Shown piece by piece: positions 26,811 to 42,435 of a DNA stretch of 64,000 bases; the first letter of the stretch is position 1, and every line of letters starts with the position of its first letter. Source of the stretch: the human T2T-CHM13v2.0 reference genome, Homo sapiens; the NCBI RefSeq assembly GCF_009914755.1, contig NC_060926.1; one strand, written 5' to 3'. The position numbers and the translations under genes were made by a program. Under the pieces are notes generated by a model. It ran no database searches, was not told the DNA's origin, and was given only the letters and a program-made list of their open reading frames with translations.

Positions 26811-29800
26811 ATTCTATTTAAGGGTGTTGCTACTTTGCAGGGCCAAGATCAGTGGTACCAAAATTTGAGAAATGGGAAAGAAGGAGGCAGGAGGTGGAAG
26901 GTAGGGAAGATGAATTCACTTTCTGACACACACATTACCTTTCAGACATCATCTGAACAATCACACAGACAGCATGAATCTGTAGGTTACTAGGGTCTAA
27001 ATAAACACTGAAAGGTCAAGGATGGAGAGGGAAGTTTGGTAAAACCCTGAGTGACTTGGGGTAGCAACAAGTGGGGGCATGTGATAAGGAATGTCCCACA
27101 ATACAGAGGTGAAAGAGCAGTAGGCACAAATAAGAAAAGAAGAAAACAAACCTACCCCAATAGAAGAACCAAGCTTGCTACTGACATCTAATAAAAAGTG
27201 GAGATGCCCTGGCACTGACCTATTTCTTACAGGCCTTTAGGCTATTTCAAAAGTATGTATGTCAGGAATTTGATTACTAGAAGCAGAAATACTTACCTGT
27301 GATATATTTCTAACACCACATAAGCTATTTGTTCATAAATCTGTCCCACCAGATTAAGCAACTGGCAACATACATGGTTTCATTCTCTACATCCCTGACT
27401 GCTAGCAGTTTCTAAGTCAGAGTAGCTACTCAAATGTCTACTGACTTTTATTTTGCTATAAATAAAATTTTGCTATTATACATAAGAAGCCAAATGACAC
27501 AATTTTGGACTCCCTAAGGGGGATGGGGTGAGGAGATACATACAGCATCAAAAGAATCATTTGTAGCTAAAATATTGTCCTCAGAAAACTCGACATGCAC
27601 TTACTGATTTTTGCCCTGTTGATTGGTCCATTGAACGCTGTATAGTTCACTTGCGTTTCCATTGAGCCAAGGAGGGTAGGAACTCTTGACTGCTTTCAGG
27701 CCACTGGGGCTCCTGCATTTATATGCTTGACAGTCTTACACTGCGAGGAAACAGACAACTAACAAATGCCTCTGAAACTCATTTCTTATATGTCTGAAAT
27801 GAAACGAGCAACGTAGGTTTAAATTCCAGACACCCAAATAATTTTTTTACCCCAAAAGATCTATCTCCAAGGAACTTCTCCAAAAAGTAAAGTAAAATTT
27901 TTAACAGTGTCACCTTTTTCTGAATTCCCAATATGGGCTATGCAAGCTGGTATAGCTACACTTTGAAGAAACAAATATATTGAAAAGAAAAAAAAGCACA
28001 AGGTTTCCTTTGACTTTAATGAGTAGACTTTCAGCTCATTTCCTTTAAAATGCTGCCCCTGAATTGCAAATTACTTCATGGTCTTTATTTAGTGAGCTCT
28101 CTTCCTAGACTGACAGAGCCAGCTGCAGAATTGTACTGTCTATGGAAATAATATCATCAGCACTTTGTCGCTGAATAAGACCACAATCATTACATTTGGC
28201 TTCTTTTCACACAGGAGGAACTGAATATATGCTTGTTTACAGCAACAATATTCAGAAAGTTATCACTTTTGTACTCTATCAGTTGGTAACTTAAAATCAA
28301 AGGAAAATTTAGCATGAAATACCTGAATCCCTTTTTAAGGTCATTTTAATTTTAGTACATTACTAATACTTAAACTATTAGCTTTTTTTCTAGGATTCAA
28401 AGAGCATATTAATTAATTTTGATATTCAGAGTAGAAAGTATTAAGAAATCAATTTATATTCATTATACATATTTATATTTCTTATCTTTTTCTGTTCCAA
28501 CTTAGAAATAAAATTTTTGAGAACCACATTCACTGTGAAAAATGTTGTATAAATTTATGTGACATATTTTATTCAAGTGAAGTTCTTATCTAGCAAATAT
28601 TAGAAAAGTAGCCCATTAAACTATAAATAATTTTAATTTGGCTCTCACCAAGTATGAAAATAAGCAAGTAATTTTATAATTTGAAAAAAGATTTTACATT
28701 TTCTTTACAAAATAACCACCACTCTCTCTGACACTATTTAATAAAAGCTTTATTAAAATGAAGCCAAAACATTAACACCATTTATATGTACAAGACCATT
28801 AAACATTTTTTCTATCTTTAATAAATGTTCTTCCATTTTTGTCATTTATTACTTTCCTAATTTGAAAAATTGATTAATGTGAAGAAACATTACTAAATTA
28901 AACAAATGTAAAGTTTAAATTTAATTATTAAATGGTTGAGTTTAAAGTTGACAGCTAGTTTAAGGTAGAAGACCTTCATAATCCAATTACTTTTACTTGG
29001 TTTCAGAACTACCCCTAGGCAAATTCTCCTAAAATAGAAACTACATGCAAGAAAAACACAAGCGATGTTCATCATTTAAGATAAACTTTAAAAGTTAAAT
29101 TTTTAAAATTAATTTTAATAAAAATTGGTTTACCACCAGTTAGCTATATAACCTAGAGCCAATCAATCTCTGTGTGTTTTCTCTTTTGTTAAATGTAGAA
29201 CTTAATTCTTGCTCTATATACCTCTCAGGATTGTGAGAATAAAGATGATACATGTCAAATCAACTTGGAAATTATGGCACTATTGTAGAGGTGGCAAGAA
29301 ATGGGAAATACTTTAGCAGACATATTGGACTAAGTTCCCAGCCAAGAACCAAATAATTTAAAAAATATTTAAGTGCAAAGAAACCACTAAGGCAACATGT
29401 AACCTCCTTTTACTAACAAATAGATGTAGTAATAAGACAAATCCAGGCATATAGTACTTAACATCACTTTATGATAATACATGCTAAGGAAAAGTAAAAT
29501 TGGCCAAACCCTGAAAGTTTCTGTTCTGTATATGTATGGACACCCCCAATGCATGCCATGCTGGTAGTGGGGATATGGAGCTGAATGGGATCGAGTCACT
29601 GCCCTCCAGAGGCTTGCAGTCTGGAACGACCTGCTGAAAATAGACAAAAATCCCGCACTATGGCAACAGAGAAAGACGTGCTGAACCGTCTTCCAGATCA
29701 GGCCAGGCCTCCCAGGCTGATGGGAGAGCTCAGTCTTCAAGGATATGTCAAAGATTGCTATGTGAGAAAAGGAAGGAAAAGGCATTCTAGGTGGAAGGAA

Positions 29801-30561
29801 CAGGCTAGATCAAGGCATGAGACAGAAAGAATAGATGTTTAGAATACATTTAATTATAATAACCAGTATTCAATATTTTAGAAATTGTTAAAAAGACAAT
29901 CAGCAAAACCACTATTTATTGAGGTTCCAAAATATATTGGGCTTGTGTTAAGGGCTCTGATACATACTTAGTTAAAAATATAATGAAACTAAGGTCCAGG
30001 GATGTTACTTAGCTTGCTGATAATGTTGTGGGCATATTAATAGGGTGTCTTTTTTTCACAGTATCAGGCTGATGATTTTTCTTGGCACCATATCCTACTT
30101 ACAATTAGCTTTCTAAGAAAAAGATCAGGTAAAGTTAAAACATTTTTAAAAGTTCTCCAGTTTGATTCTTATCTGTAGGCACATCTTTGTAATAAACGTA
30201 AAATAGCAGCATTCTTTACATGGCATAAGGTAGTTACAATTCCTTCCAAAGGAATAAGAACTAGGAAATTCCTGGGAATAGTCATTATAGGTCAATTTGA
30301 CTCAACCAATTGTCTACTGTTTCTGAAGAACTTTTAAAAAGCTTTATTGCTAATCATTCTTCCCTGCCACTTGCCTTCTTACCTCAAATGTAAAAACTGA
30401 GTAACAAAAACTTTAAGGCAAAGCTCTTATTTTACAATATCATTTCAGGATTAAAAACAACAACATGAATTGAGTCACAACTATGTGCTTGGATCATAGA
30501 ACTAGTTTACTTTCTTAATTGAATTAACATAACAGCATCATTTTAAGATTTGTGTAACTAG

Positions 30562-30688
30562 AGCAGGGTATGGTGGTGCAGGCCTGTAGTCCCAGCTATT
30601 CAGGAGGCTCAGGCAGGAGGATCACTTGTACTGAGGAGTTGAAGTCCAGCCTGGGCAACACAGTCAGACCTTGTCTCTAAAACTAAAA

Positions 30689-30731
<43 letters not shown>

Positions 30732-30733
30732 AT
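30562..30733 (+). mobile_element. Alu monomer (FLAM-like) with (TAAA)n tail
   Basis: Monomeric Alu. About 11 TAAA units at 30686-30732. Confidence 0.9.
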
Positions 30734-31664
30734 ATGTGTGTACCTGAGGCAAAGAACAGGCAGAAATACTGATGATCATTCTGCCAAGTTGGCAAAGAAG
30801 CCTTGCCCTTTTTTTTTCTATTAGCAGTAATGTTCACTACATTCATTCATTCACGAGTTATTTTTTATATAAAGGTCATTAATGACATTAAATTGCCTAT
30901 TATAATGGCCCAATGTAAACATCAGCAGTTTTTCAGCAAGAAAAGCTTCATTATTCACAAATGCTGGTCAAGTCTTGCTACTAATTCATTTGATGACAGA
31001 ATGACCAACTGCCCCTTAAGCTGACAACCCTTCCCCTCCACTGCTATCACTGCAAAAACACATTGTCCCCTATCTGAACATGATAACCGAGTGTCGTTTC
31101 TGGGTAACACTGAGGTGATTCAAAACACACTTCATAATTAACAATGTGAATTATTTCACATCATCCCATCTCTTTATCATACCGTCATTCTTCCAGGCAG
31201 CAAGCTCCAACTGCTCTGTGCCTCCTTCCTCTCTTTCTCCTCATATCTAGTTACCACAACTCCTCTTCTGCCCAGACTAGTCCTGCAGGAATGTTTTTCT
31301 TCTTCTTATCCCCCTTTTTCATGAATTAAAAAAAAATTATTTTTAGTTGACAAATTGTATGTATTTATGGGGTATAATGTGGTATTTTGATATGCTGGAG
31401 TAATTATTAATAGTGCCTTCTTTGACTCTTAAGCATGTCCCATTTTGGCTGATAACTTATATGGTTACTTACCCATATTCCATTAGATATCAAGTTTATC
31501 TTTGCCTTCTCTGCCTTGTTTCAGGCCTTCATTTTCTTTCACCAGGGATAATATAATAATCTATTTATGATGTTATCCCCAGTTTCCTCTCTTTTCAACC
31601 CATCTTTTAGAAGTTGCCACAATAACTTTCATTTTAAGAGGCTGGCCTTAAACTGTTATTCCCA

Positions 31665-32012
<348 letters not shown>

Positions 32013-32110
32013 TTAGTCTATAAGGACTGTTGACTCTTGCTATCACTGTCTCTCTTCATATAGCCTCCAGTACACCTGATGTGAACTATTCACTTTACAT
32101 TTGGAGTGGG

Positions 32111-32480
<370 letters not shown>

Positions 32481-32807
32481 TAGATCTTATTAGAAGTACT
32501 AAACTTTTAGGACACCAGATCAGGTTGAAGAGTATTTTGAGTACAGCAGTTAAACCATTTAAAAAGACCATTACCATTTACAACTAATTCTCTGCGGGCA
32601 TTTGATGTCATTACTACACAGCCAAAAAGAACCTATCCCACAAACCAACCAACCACCAAACCATCTAAAGCAAAACACATAATATCAAGGCATAAGCTAA
32701 AAAGGTAATCTCTTTACATCTGCAATAATTGGTAAGAACTCTGTCAAAATCAGACTTGCACTGAAGGTTGCAAATGGCATTGCATCAGTGAATTTTTACC
32801 AATCACC

Positions 32808-33182
32808 TTTTGTTGTTGTTGTTGTTGTTGTTTTTTAATTTCAACTTTTATTTTAATTTCAGGGGATTTATGTGCAGGTTGTTACCTGAGTGTATTGCAT
32901 GAAGCTGAGGTATGGGGCATAAATGATCCCATCACCGAGGCACTGAGCATAGTACAATAAAGCTTTTCAACCTTTGGCCCCCTTTCCCTTACCCCTCTAA
33001 TAGTCCCCAATATTGCTGCCATCTTTATGTTCATGAGTACCCAATGTTTAGCTCCCACTTATAAGTCAGAACATGTGGTATTTGGTTTTCTGTTTCTATG
33101 TTAATTCGCTTAGGATAACAACCTCCAGCCACATTGCAAAGGATATTATTTTGTTCCTTTTTATGGCTGCATAGTATTCCAC
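32808..33182 (-). mobile_element. L1PA/PB 3' end with (TTG)n tail
   Basis: tgtgcaggttgttacctgagtgtattgcat...gtttagctcccacttataagt...tttatggctgcatagtattcca. TTACCAATCA duplication at the flanks. Confidence 0.88.
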
Positions 33183-33414
33183 TTACCAATCATCTTGATC
33201 TCTGAACTGAGAGCTTCATCCCATTTACTTAATACAACTTTTGTATTCCTTCCCATCCCTATTAGATGATTCTTTAAAGACAAAATGATTCAGCAATGTT
33301 TTCTGATTATTGGTATAATGCGCTCAATATAGAATATCTGTAACATACAAAATCGTAATCAGAAAAATACTGGTTGTAATGTTGCCGCCTACAACTCCTA
33401 ATGTTATAATACAT

Positions 33415-33682
33415 TTCTTTCTTCTTTTTTTTTTTTTTTAAAGACATAGTCTCACTCTGACACCTAGGCTGGAGTGCAAACACAGCTCGCCGCAGCCTTG
33501 AACTCCTGGGCTCAAGTGATGCTCTCACCTTAGCCTCCTGAGCAGCTGGGACTATAAGGTACCTGTCACCATGTCTGGCTAGATTTAAAAAATATTTTGT
33601 AGAGACAGGGTTTCGCCATGTTGCCCAGGCTGATCTTGAGTTCCTGGGCTCAAGCAGTCCTCCGGCCTCAGCTTCCCAAGGT
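33415..33682 (-). mobile_element. AluJ-type, partly truncated
   Basis: Antisense Alu lacking its extreme 5' end. Confidence 0.9.
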
Positions 33683-34704
33683 ACTTTCCTATCTTTTTTC
33701 TATGTTTTTTGTTCTCGCATAATTCAGATGATAGATGTAAAAGTTTATATTATAAAAAAATTGTTTATCCTGTTTAACATGTCACAACCATTAATAATTT
33801 CCTCATATTATTTAAATCTGTTAAAATATTTAATGGTAGCATGTTTTATCATATAACTCAACTGTTTTTAATATGATGGACATAAATGGATGGACACTGG
33901 GTGACTTTTCTGAATGAACACAGGACTTCCTACACAGGACTGGCATTTAGGGCTGACAGCATAGATGGACACATTGGTGGGAGAGCATCCTAGAAGCAGA
34001 AGACTGGCCGTCTATGGTAGATAATAAAAGTTGTTCATTATTCTTCCCCAACATTAAAAAAAGGTCAGCTGAGAGATTGTATACATCTTTTACCTTCTAC
34101 CCTTCCCAAAAGGAGTCAATGATTAGCATAGGCTGAATACATTATAAGCCGGTTAACAAGTAAACTGCACAATAAAGGCTAAAGATCACAGAAACCTTGT
34201 GGGCGGAGGGAAGCTTTGCACTGCCCACTGCTGGAAGGACTGGTGAACATGTAGCATGACCTGAAGATGCCCAGAGTGGTGGTGGCCTGTGACAGTAGTC
34301 AACAGGTTTACAAATCTTAATATAAAGTGTCTTAATATAGAGATGGCCGTGTATATGCTGAAGAATTGACCAGGATGTGGGGAATCTTTTCGGAAGACAA
34401 TTAGGCAACAGGCTACCAAAGCCTTTTAAAAGGCCATATGCTTTGACACAGCGATTGGACTTGTGAGAATTCATTCTATGAAAAATAAATCCAAATGTTA
34501 ACTACAGTAAAATTACTGCAATGGTAAGAAATAAGGAACAACAATGTACATCAACATTAGACTGGTTAAATAAATTATGTCATGTCCAAACAGCAAACAC
34601 AATATATCCATTAAAATGTTTTATATGTAAATGATGTTTACAGTATATCATGGAAAAATAAAGAAGTTTTTGGAATTCTGTATTCAAAACAAACTAAGAA
34701 ATGT

Positions 34705-35350
34705 ATACTCATTTGTTGCATAAGGATGGGGATTTGTTCTAAGAAATGCATTACAAGTGATTTCATCACTGGGTGATCATAGAGTCTATGTATGCAAACC
34801 TGGATGGTATAGCTACATGGTATAGCCTATTGTTCCTAGGCTACAAACCTGTACAGCCCGTTACTGTACTGAACACTGTAGGCAATTCTAACACAACGGT
34901 TATGTATTTGTGTATCTAAACATAACGTAGGTACAACATATGTTACTTGGGTGATGGATACACTAAAAGCTCTGACTTCACCACTATGCAACCTATAGAT
35001 GTAACAAAATTGTACTTGTACCCCATAAATTTATACAAAATTTCTTTAAAAGATAAAAAAAATGGTACACCTGTATAAGGCACTTAATGTGACTGCAGTT
35101 TGCAGGACTGGAAGTTGCTCTGGGTGAGTCAGTGGTGAGTGAAAGTAAAGGCCTAGGACGTTACTGTACAGTACTGTAGACTTTATGAACACCCTACACT
35201 TAGGCTAAATTTATTTTAAAAACAAACCGTGCTACAATATTACAACAGTTACAACATCACTAAGTGATAGGAATTTTTAAGCTCCATTACAATCTTACAG
35301 GACCACCACCGTGTATGTCATCCACTGCTAACTGAAACCCTGCTATATGT
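34705..35350. mobile_element. Tigger3-family DNA transposon with an inserted L1 3'-end fragment (~34935-35045)
   Basis: ttctaagaaatgcatt...caaacctggatggtatagc...cctaggctacaaacctgtacagc...ttgcaggactggaagttgctctgggtgagtcagtg. Confidence 0.82.
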
Positions 35351-35401
35351 CCCAAAGTGTTGGTAACGGTTATCTCAATTTGACTTATGTCTCTTTTCTG
35401 A

Positions 35402-36058
<657 letters not shown>

Positions 36059-36069
36059 GTAATTTTTTA

Positions 36070-36397
<328 letters not shown>

Positions 36398-36478
36398 TTA
36401 AGCAGTATACTAGGATGTGTTTTGCACACACATCTGCAAAAACATGACAAAAGATAATATATTCACTATTTAAACAGA

Positions 36479-36516
36479 GCTCCAGTGGTGAAATTGGTTA
36501 GCACATGGTACTTATA
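36479..36516 (+). pseudogene. tRNA-Ile(TAT) 5'-half retropseudogene (tailless)
   Basis: GCTCCAGTGGTGAAATTGGTTAGCACATGGTACTTATA matches the recalled tRNA-Ile-TAT 5' exon GCTCCAGTGGCGCAATCGGTTAGCGCGCGGTACTTATA at 32/38. Five of the six differences are CpG transitions. It is flanked by a degenerate direct repeat. Confidence 0.85.
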
Positions 36517-39500
36517 TTTACTGTTTTAAGAATTTAATTTATTCACAAGAACACCAAGATTATAATAAATGAATAAAGCAAAAGAACAATTCAGAGGGTA
36601 TTAAAACAGCAAAGAAAAATAGTCTCAATAACTAAATAGGTGCAAAATATAACAATATGCTTATCTCTCTATTAAATCGGAAAGGGTTTTGTTGTTTAAC
36701 ATATAGTGAAAATTTGAAATAGGCACCCTCAAATCCCATCCTACCATTTAATCCAGTAGTTTCACCTGAGATTACAGCCAGAAGAAATAATTTTAAATAT
36801 GAAAAAACACACTAAGTAGATGGCCATTGCAATGTTATTTGTAATAATATAGGAAATACAGTAGAATATAATTTGGGGATCTAAATATATTGGAATTGTT
36901 TCAAAAAGATTTTTTCAGTAAACATCTATTTTGGTATAGAATAACTGGCTAGAATGCAAAGTATGTAATGATGAAAATAATGGGTCACCTAGGCATCCCA
37001 ACTCATGGAATCCCAAAAGGGTGGTAATCAATCATAAGGAACACATTCAAAAGGACTGTTAGAGGTTATTCTAATGTTGTGAAAATCTCATCAATTTCAT
37101 GGGACAAAAGTTATTTACTAGCAAAAAGGGGATATTCCAGATATTAAAAAATGAAGAACAAGCATAAAAGATGAATAAAATGACACAGCTGTTTTTCCAA
37201 AAAAGCTGGTATACCATTTACTATTTCAGTATCTGCAGATGCTGACAACAAACTCTGGTATGTTACTTACATTCCTTGATGTAGGCCCACACAGATTTCA
37301 AATACATAAAATTTGTATATATCTGCCACTGCATGATGCTTTTAGACCATTTTTAAGGAAATAAGTGCTATTTCTACTGAAAGAATGAATGAGAAAAACA
37401 TACAGTCACCTAAAAACTCTTTTGAAGTTAGGCAGAATTAAATGAGAATTGAGGTAAGTGTTACGTAAGAATTAAACGAGGCAGTATGCTGCAATCACAT
37501 AGGTCAAAAAAAAAAACCTACCTATGAGAACAAAAGAGGTAGAAAAAAACAACAAAAACATTAGTAGTCCATTCATTCATTCGTCAACACATATAAATTG
37601 AACACCTGTTACATACCAGGCACTGTGTTCAGCACAGAGAGATATAATTGCCATCCTGGGGCTTACATTCTAGCGGAGGGGACAAACACAACATTCAAGT
37701 CAGCATGTCACTGGGGCTGACTCCTCTCTCCCTGCTTTTTTCCCTTTTTTCTTCTGTTTACTATCAACTATGCTCATGAATGTTCGCTTTAATAATATTC
37801 ATTTTAAATGACTGAACTTTTCTCAGATTTTAAAAGAAATCAACTATGCAAACTGATCATTATTTGTCAGGCTCATTTCCAATTCTAACATTCAGAAATA
37901 CAAGATAGAGAGCACTCTATAAATTGACCAAGTGCCAGAAAAGTTTCCTAGAGAAGATCAAGACAATCTTTCTGTCATTTGTACAATGCAGCTGTCATAC
38001 CTTTTCAATTACCATGTGGATCCCAGTCTTTCCAACACTGAATCTGTATGTTTAGAGAATAAACCAGAATAAAAACACTGACAACACAGAGGTGTGAATA
38101 GTAATTATAATTAACCCTTTCTAAAAGAAAAGGTATATGTAATAGTACATAATAGAGTAACAATTGTAACTCAAGTCTTTTTTTTTCCTTTTTACTCAAA
38201 GCATAAACCAGACACAATACGTTATACCAGATTAACATGCAACTTAAAAAGAGGTTAATGTACATACTAAGCATGGAAATTCACCAGTAAAATCTTATTT
38301 GTCATTTTACCCCCACTACCTTGACATTATTCTTCCATTTCATAATCAACAAGGTTCTACTTCTGGTCACCTGATAAATGCCTTGCATTCCTGGAGCTTG
38401 ACATTTCAGTCAATTATGGACACAAGAACAATGTTACAAGCATAAAGAAAAAATGCATCTACGAAACAGCTGACTGCACTGCTTTCAATGGAAAGGTCCC
38501 CACTCCAACCTGCCCACTCCCTCCCTTTTCTCAGCACAAACATAAATATCCCCCAGTCATTCATGAAGCTGTGTTGTCAAAAAGGTCCTGAAGCATTATT
38601 TCCCTAAACACCTAACACATCAGCACTGACCAAATAAAAACCACCCAAGCACTCTAAAATTCTCACTTTTTCAAACATTCCTTGTGTGTAAAATTTTCTA
38701 AGCATACAGAGAAACACAAGTTCACAAAATGATAAAAAGATAAGACAAAATTTCTGCCTCTTCTTGAATGCAAATCTTGAGTCAAAACCTTTTATTGTTT
38801 TGGAAATTCAAATACAAGAAACCTAAGGTTTTCTTATTTGCTTGTCAATATGCATAGAGCCCAATTGGCAGGGATGGAGAGGGGACGGGGGAAGGTGTTA
38901 TACAAACAGACTAGGTGGAACCCATTTTTACCTAGGCTTCTCTAGGACAATATGATAAACAAGAAAGATTAGTATCTACTAGAAGAATTTGTCATATTTA
39001 AAATCAATATGATTAGTAAAATGTATTTTAAGTACAAATTAAAATGATTAGTATACATTTCTCTCATCTCTAGCAAACAAGAGAGCCCTCATTAGACATA
39101 GCTGCCTCCTCAATGCTGTATCTTGGACATTAGCCTAAAAAAATATCTTTAAAAGTGCTTTGCAGGTATCACCTCATCTCATGGAACCATAGAGGGATCT
39201 AAGAAAAGGCTACTCCAATCTAAAGGACTATTTTCAAGCAAAAATAGAGGAATTCTGTGTATCATCAATGAAAGAAGTTTAGGGGAAGGGTATAGTACAT
39301 ATTACAATAATTTAAAATCATACGCACATTTCACTTCCCATGCACGATGATTTTAACATGAAACAATGTAACTATACATCACTGAAAATACAATCAAGCT
39401 TTGCCCCAGAACTTACAGCCACTCTCTATAGTCAGTTAAGAAAAACCCTGGAAGAATATATGATAAATGTATTCAGATTCTATTAGTTTTATTTGTAAGC

Positions 39501-39842
39501 AGATTCTAAACAAAGAGGATGAATTTGGGCACATATACACATGCACAAATGAAATGGTTCAACATCTAAATGATATGACACAAAATTACCACTATGAGAA
39601 TCAAGAGGCTACTCTTATGCAAGCAACAAACTTTTACTTATGATTTCAAACATACAGTTTAATTTTCTGTTAAAACTGTTTTAAAAAACAGTACTAGGGT
39701 TCAGTTTTCTAGTCTCGGCATGAACTAATGCCAGGGACCTATTTGAATTAGGAAAGAGACAAAATGGTGTGATTCGTGCTTCATTACATCATGGTTTGTT
39801 GAGGGTTAGGTGAATATCTTCCATTTCAAGACTTTTTATTTA

Positions 39843-40150
39843 GGCCAGGCGCGGTGGCTCACACCTGTAATCCCACCACTTTAGGAGGTTGAGGCGGGCA
39901 GATTACGAGGTCAGGAGATTGAGACCATCCTGGCTAACACGGTGAAACCCCATCTCTACTAAAAATACAAAACATTAGCCGGGCGTAGTGGCAGGCGCCT
40001 GCAGTCCCAGCTACTTGTGAGGCTGAGGCAGGACAACCGGCGTGAACCCAGGAGGCAGAGGTTGCAGTGAGCCGAGATCGCGCCACTGCACTCCAGCCTG
40101 GACGACAAAGTGAGACTCTGTCTAAAAAAAAAAAAAAAAAAAAAAAAAAA
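39843..40150 (+). mobile_element. AluY
   Basis: AluY diagnostics (acgaggtcaggagat, accatcctggctaacacggtg, ggcgtgaaccc), A28 tail and TSD AAGACTTT[T/G]TATT[T/C]A. Confidence 0.94.
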
Positions 40151-40248
40151 GACTTTGTATTCAAATAAAGCACAAATTGTGACAGAAATCCTCTAGGCTG
40201 TGTCATCAGTTAAGACAAGCCATACGATACCATAGAAAATACATATAA

Positions 40249-40254
40249 TTTATT
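40249..40254 (-). terminator. Candidate distal poly(A) signal AATAAA
   Basis: TTTATT on +. On the minus strand it is followed by GT-rich sequence (ggtatcgtatggcttgtc). It is the last hexamer before the AluY. Confidence 0.6.
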
Positions 40255-42435
40255 AGATGGGCTTAAAATCAACACAAATCCATTTTTAGGCACTTCTTGA
40301 GTACAGACTATGGGAATTTTCTACCAAAGAACAGGATATCTAGCAAGCAACAGCATAAAGATTTAAACTTTAGTTTTCAGAACAATACACAAGGGCTAGA
40401 CATTGATAAGAAATACTGCATAACTAATCCAAGTGTATCCTGGAACATTTCTTCACAATCTGACAGGACTTTAGGGTTAACTAGAAAGTTACTTTTTAGC
40501 ATCCAAAATTGTAATTTCTGGCTTTCTTTCCTTTTTACTCTATTATCATGGTCTTAAAATAATCTATCACACATTCTTTGAGGGAGCATGATATACAAGT
40601 TTTATTTTTGTGTAAGTGGAGCTTCAAAGACATATTTCTCTATCTGCATTTACAGTCAATGCATGACAAGTGATTATTTCGATGTCTTTAAAGCCCATTT
40701 CAACAGGTTTATTTTTTAAGGATAGGCTTTTCATTACTAACTCCTTTAGACATCTAATGTTTATCTCTGTTTTGTAAGTAAACATGAAAAAAAAAATGGG
40801 ATGTGGGCAATAGTTTCAAGAATGCCCTTAGATTATAGACTACATATAAATTTGGTTTGGCATCTTTTTCCAAATCAAACTGAACTGGTATTCTGTGAAA
40901 CATAACCATTCTTGGTAGTGGGAAGATAATACACATAAAACTTAATCCTGCCCATGCCTAACTAGTAGCTCACGGAAGTGGTAGAGTCTGGGTATTTCTC
41001 CTATCTTTCTGAATCTACTTCCCAACATGTGAAGTTAAATTAAGAAGCATGAAAATGTTAAATATAATTTAAAGAATTCTAATATTGGCATCTATATGCT
41101 ATACACACTGCAAGCTGGTCTTCTGATGGACTCCACATCTCTGATAATGCTCTCTAATGAGCAAAGTCCAAATCACTACCTCAAGCCAGTGGTGAGAAGA
41201 TAGCAAGGAACTAGAAAAGCTACATAGAAACCACTGGTTTGGAAACCATTGTCTATAACAATAGTTACAAAGAAAGTTTAGAATAACCTCCAGGACAGAG
41301 ATCTCTTCACTAATAGTAAATGAAGATACAGGAGAGCAAAGGATACCTGAGCTATGGGGAAGCTGACCTTGAAAGCAATGAGGTCCAGATTACATTTGGA
41401 GAGTGGGAGAGGTCAAAGTTACGAGGAGAAACTTGTCTCTACCCAGCCTTGAAAAAGTGATTGATGACAACATACAACTGGGCAGTTGAGAGAAGACTGG
41501 AGTTTGGAGATAACCGATGATGTGGTATTATCTCCTGTATACAAAGCAGAGCCTATTACACGTACATTCCCAAAAATGCCTCCAGAGAAAACTAGAAAGT
41601 TGTCTATAGATTTTCTATTTACACTAATATAAACAGGTTTGGAGGTTGTCTGTACTGTATGTGGTTGCTGTAGTGACAGCAAGAAATGTAAAGTGCCTAT
41701 ACAAGAGGGAACAATAGAGTCCTATTTCTAGGCATCTTAATACTATATGCTGAGACAAAAAGGAAAACAATGTCAGGGACTTCATGCCTTTGCTCAAGCT
41801 CTGTGCATTTCTCTGGGTCTCAAATGACCTACTAGGCACTTTTTAAAGGCCAGAAAATAAAAACTCTTCTTCCCTCTATTTCATCCCATGCTTCTAAAGT
41901 CACTTTCACTGCCTATATTAAAAATGCCAGCCATCAGTGCTAAAGCACTTTTATATTCTTAAGGCAAAATGTCATATAAGAAAATGAATCCCCTATCCAC
42001 TTCCCCACTATAACCCCTATACAACCTGCCTTCGTTGTATCCTTTGCCCATTATGAGGACCAAGAGGTACTGGGAAGATAAAGAGAACTGAAAATTTCAA
42101 ACAAGAACCCTCTATATAATGTGTAAGATGTACTTTTACAGATGCTATTATGATAAAATTAAACATATTCAAATGCTTATAGCATATGGTTACTTTTGCC
42201 CAGATATCAAAAGAAGTTACATGACTTTCAAAATTAGTATCAAAAACAGGATATTTAAATCCAGCCACATGTACAGAACTATGAATCTTTGTTCTTCTCA
42301 GAGCTGAACACAATGACTCCACGAGATGTTTTCACTCAGAAGTGGCATATTAAAAACCCAAAAGCATCTCCCTCTGCTTAATTCCACTTAAACTACATAA
42401 AAATTGCCAATATGACTTTTCACCAGCTTCTCCAT

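Noticed and set aside
27290-27302. Perfect minus-strand donor CAG|GTAAGT as an extra exon
   Set aside because: No convincing matching acceptor or reading frame nearby, and isolated donors are common.
34170-34310. GC-richer patch as a processed pseudogene fragment
   Set aside because: All three forward frames stop quickly and I recognise no parent protein. It would need TBLASTX to revisit.
36479-36560. Functional tRNA-Ile gene
   Set aside because: No 3' half, T-arm/B-box or acceptor partner strand, so it cannot form a cloverleaf.
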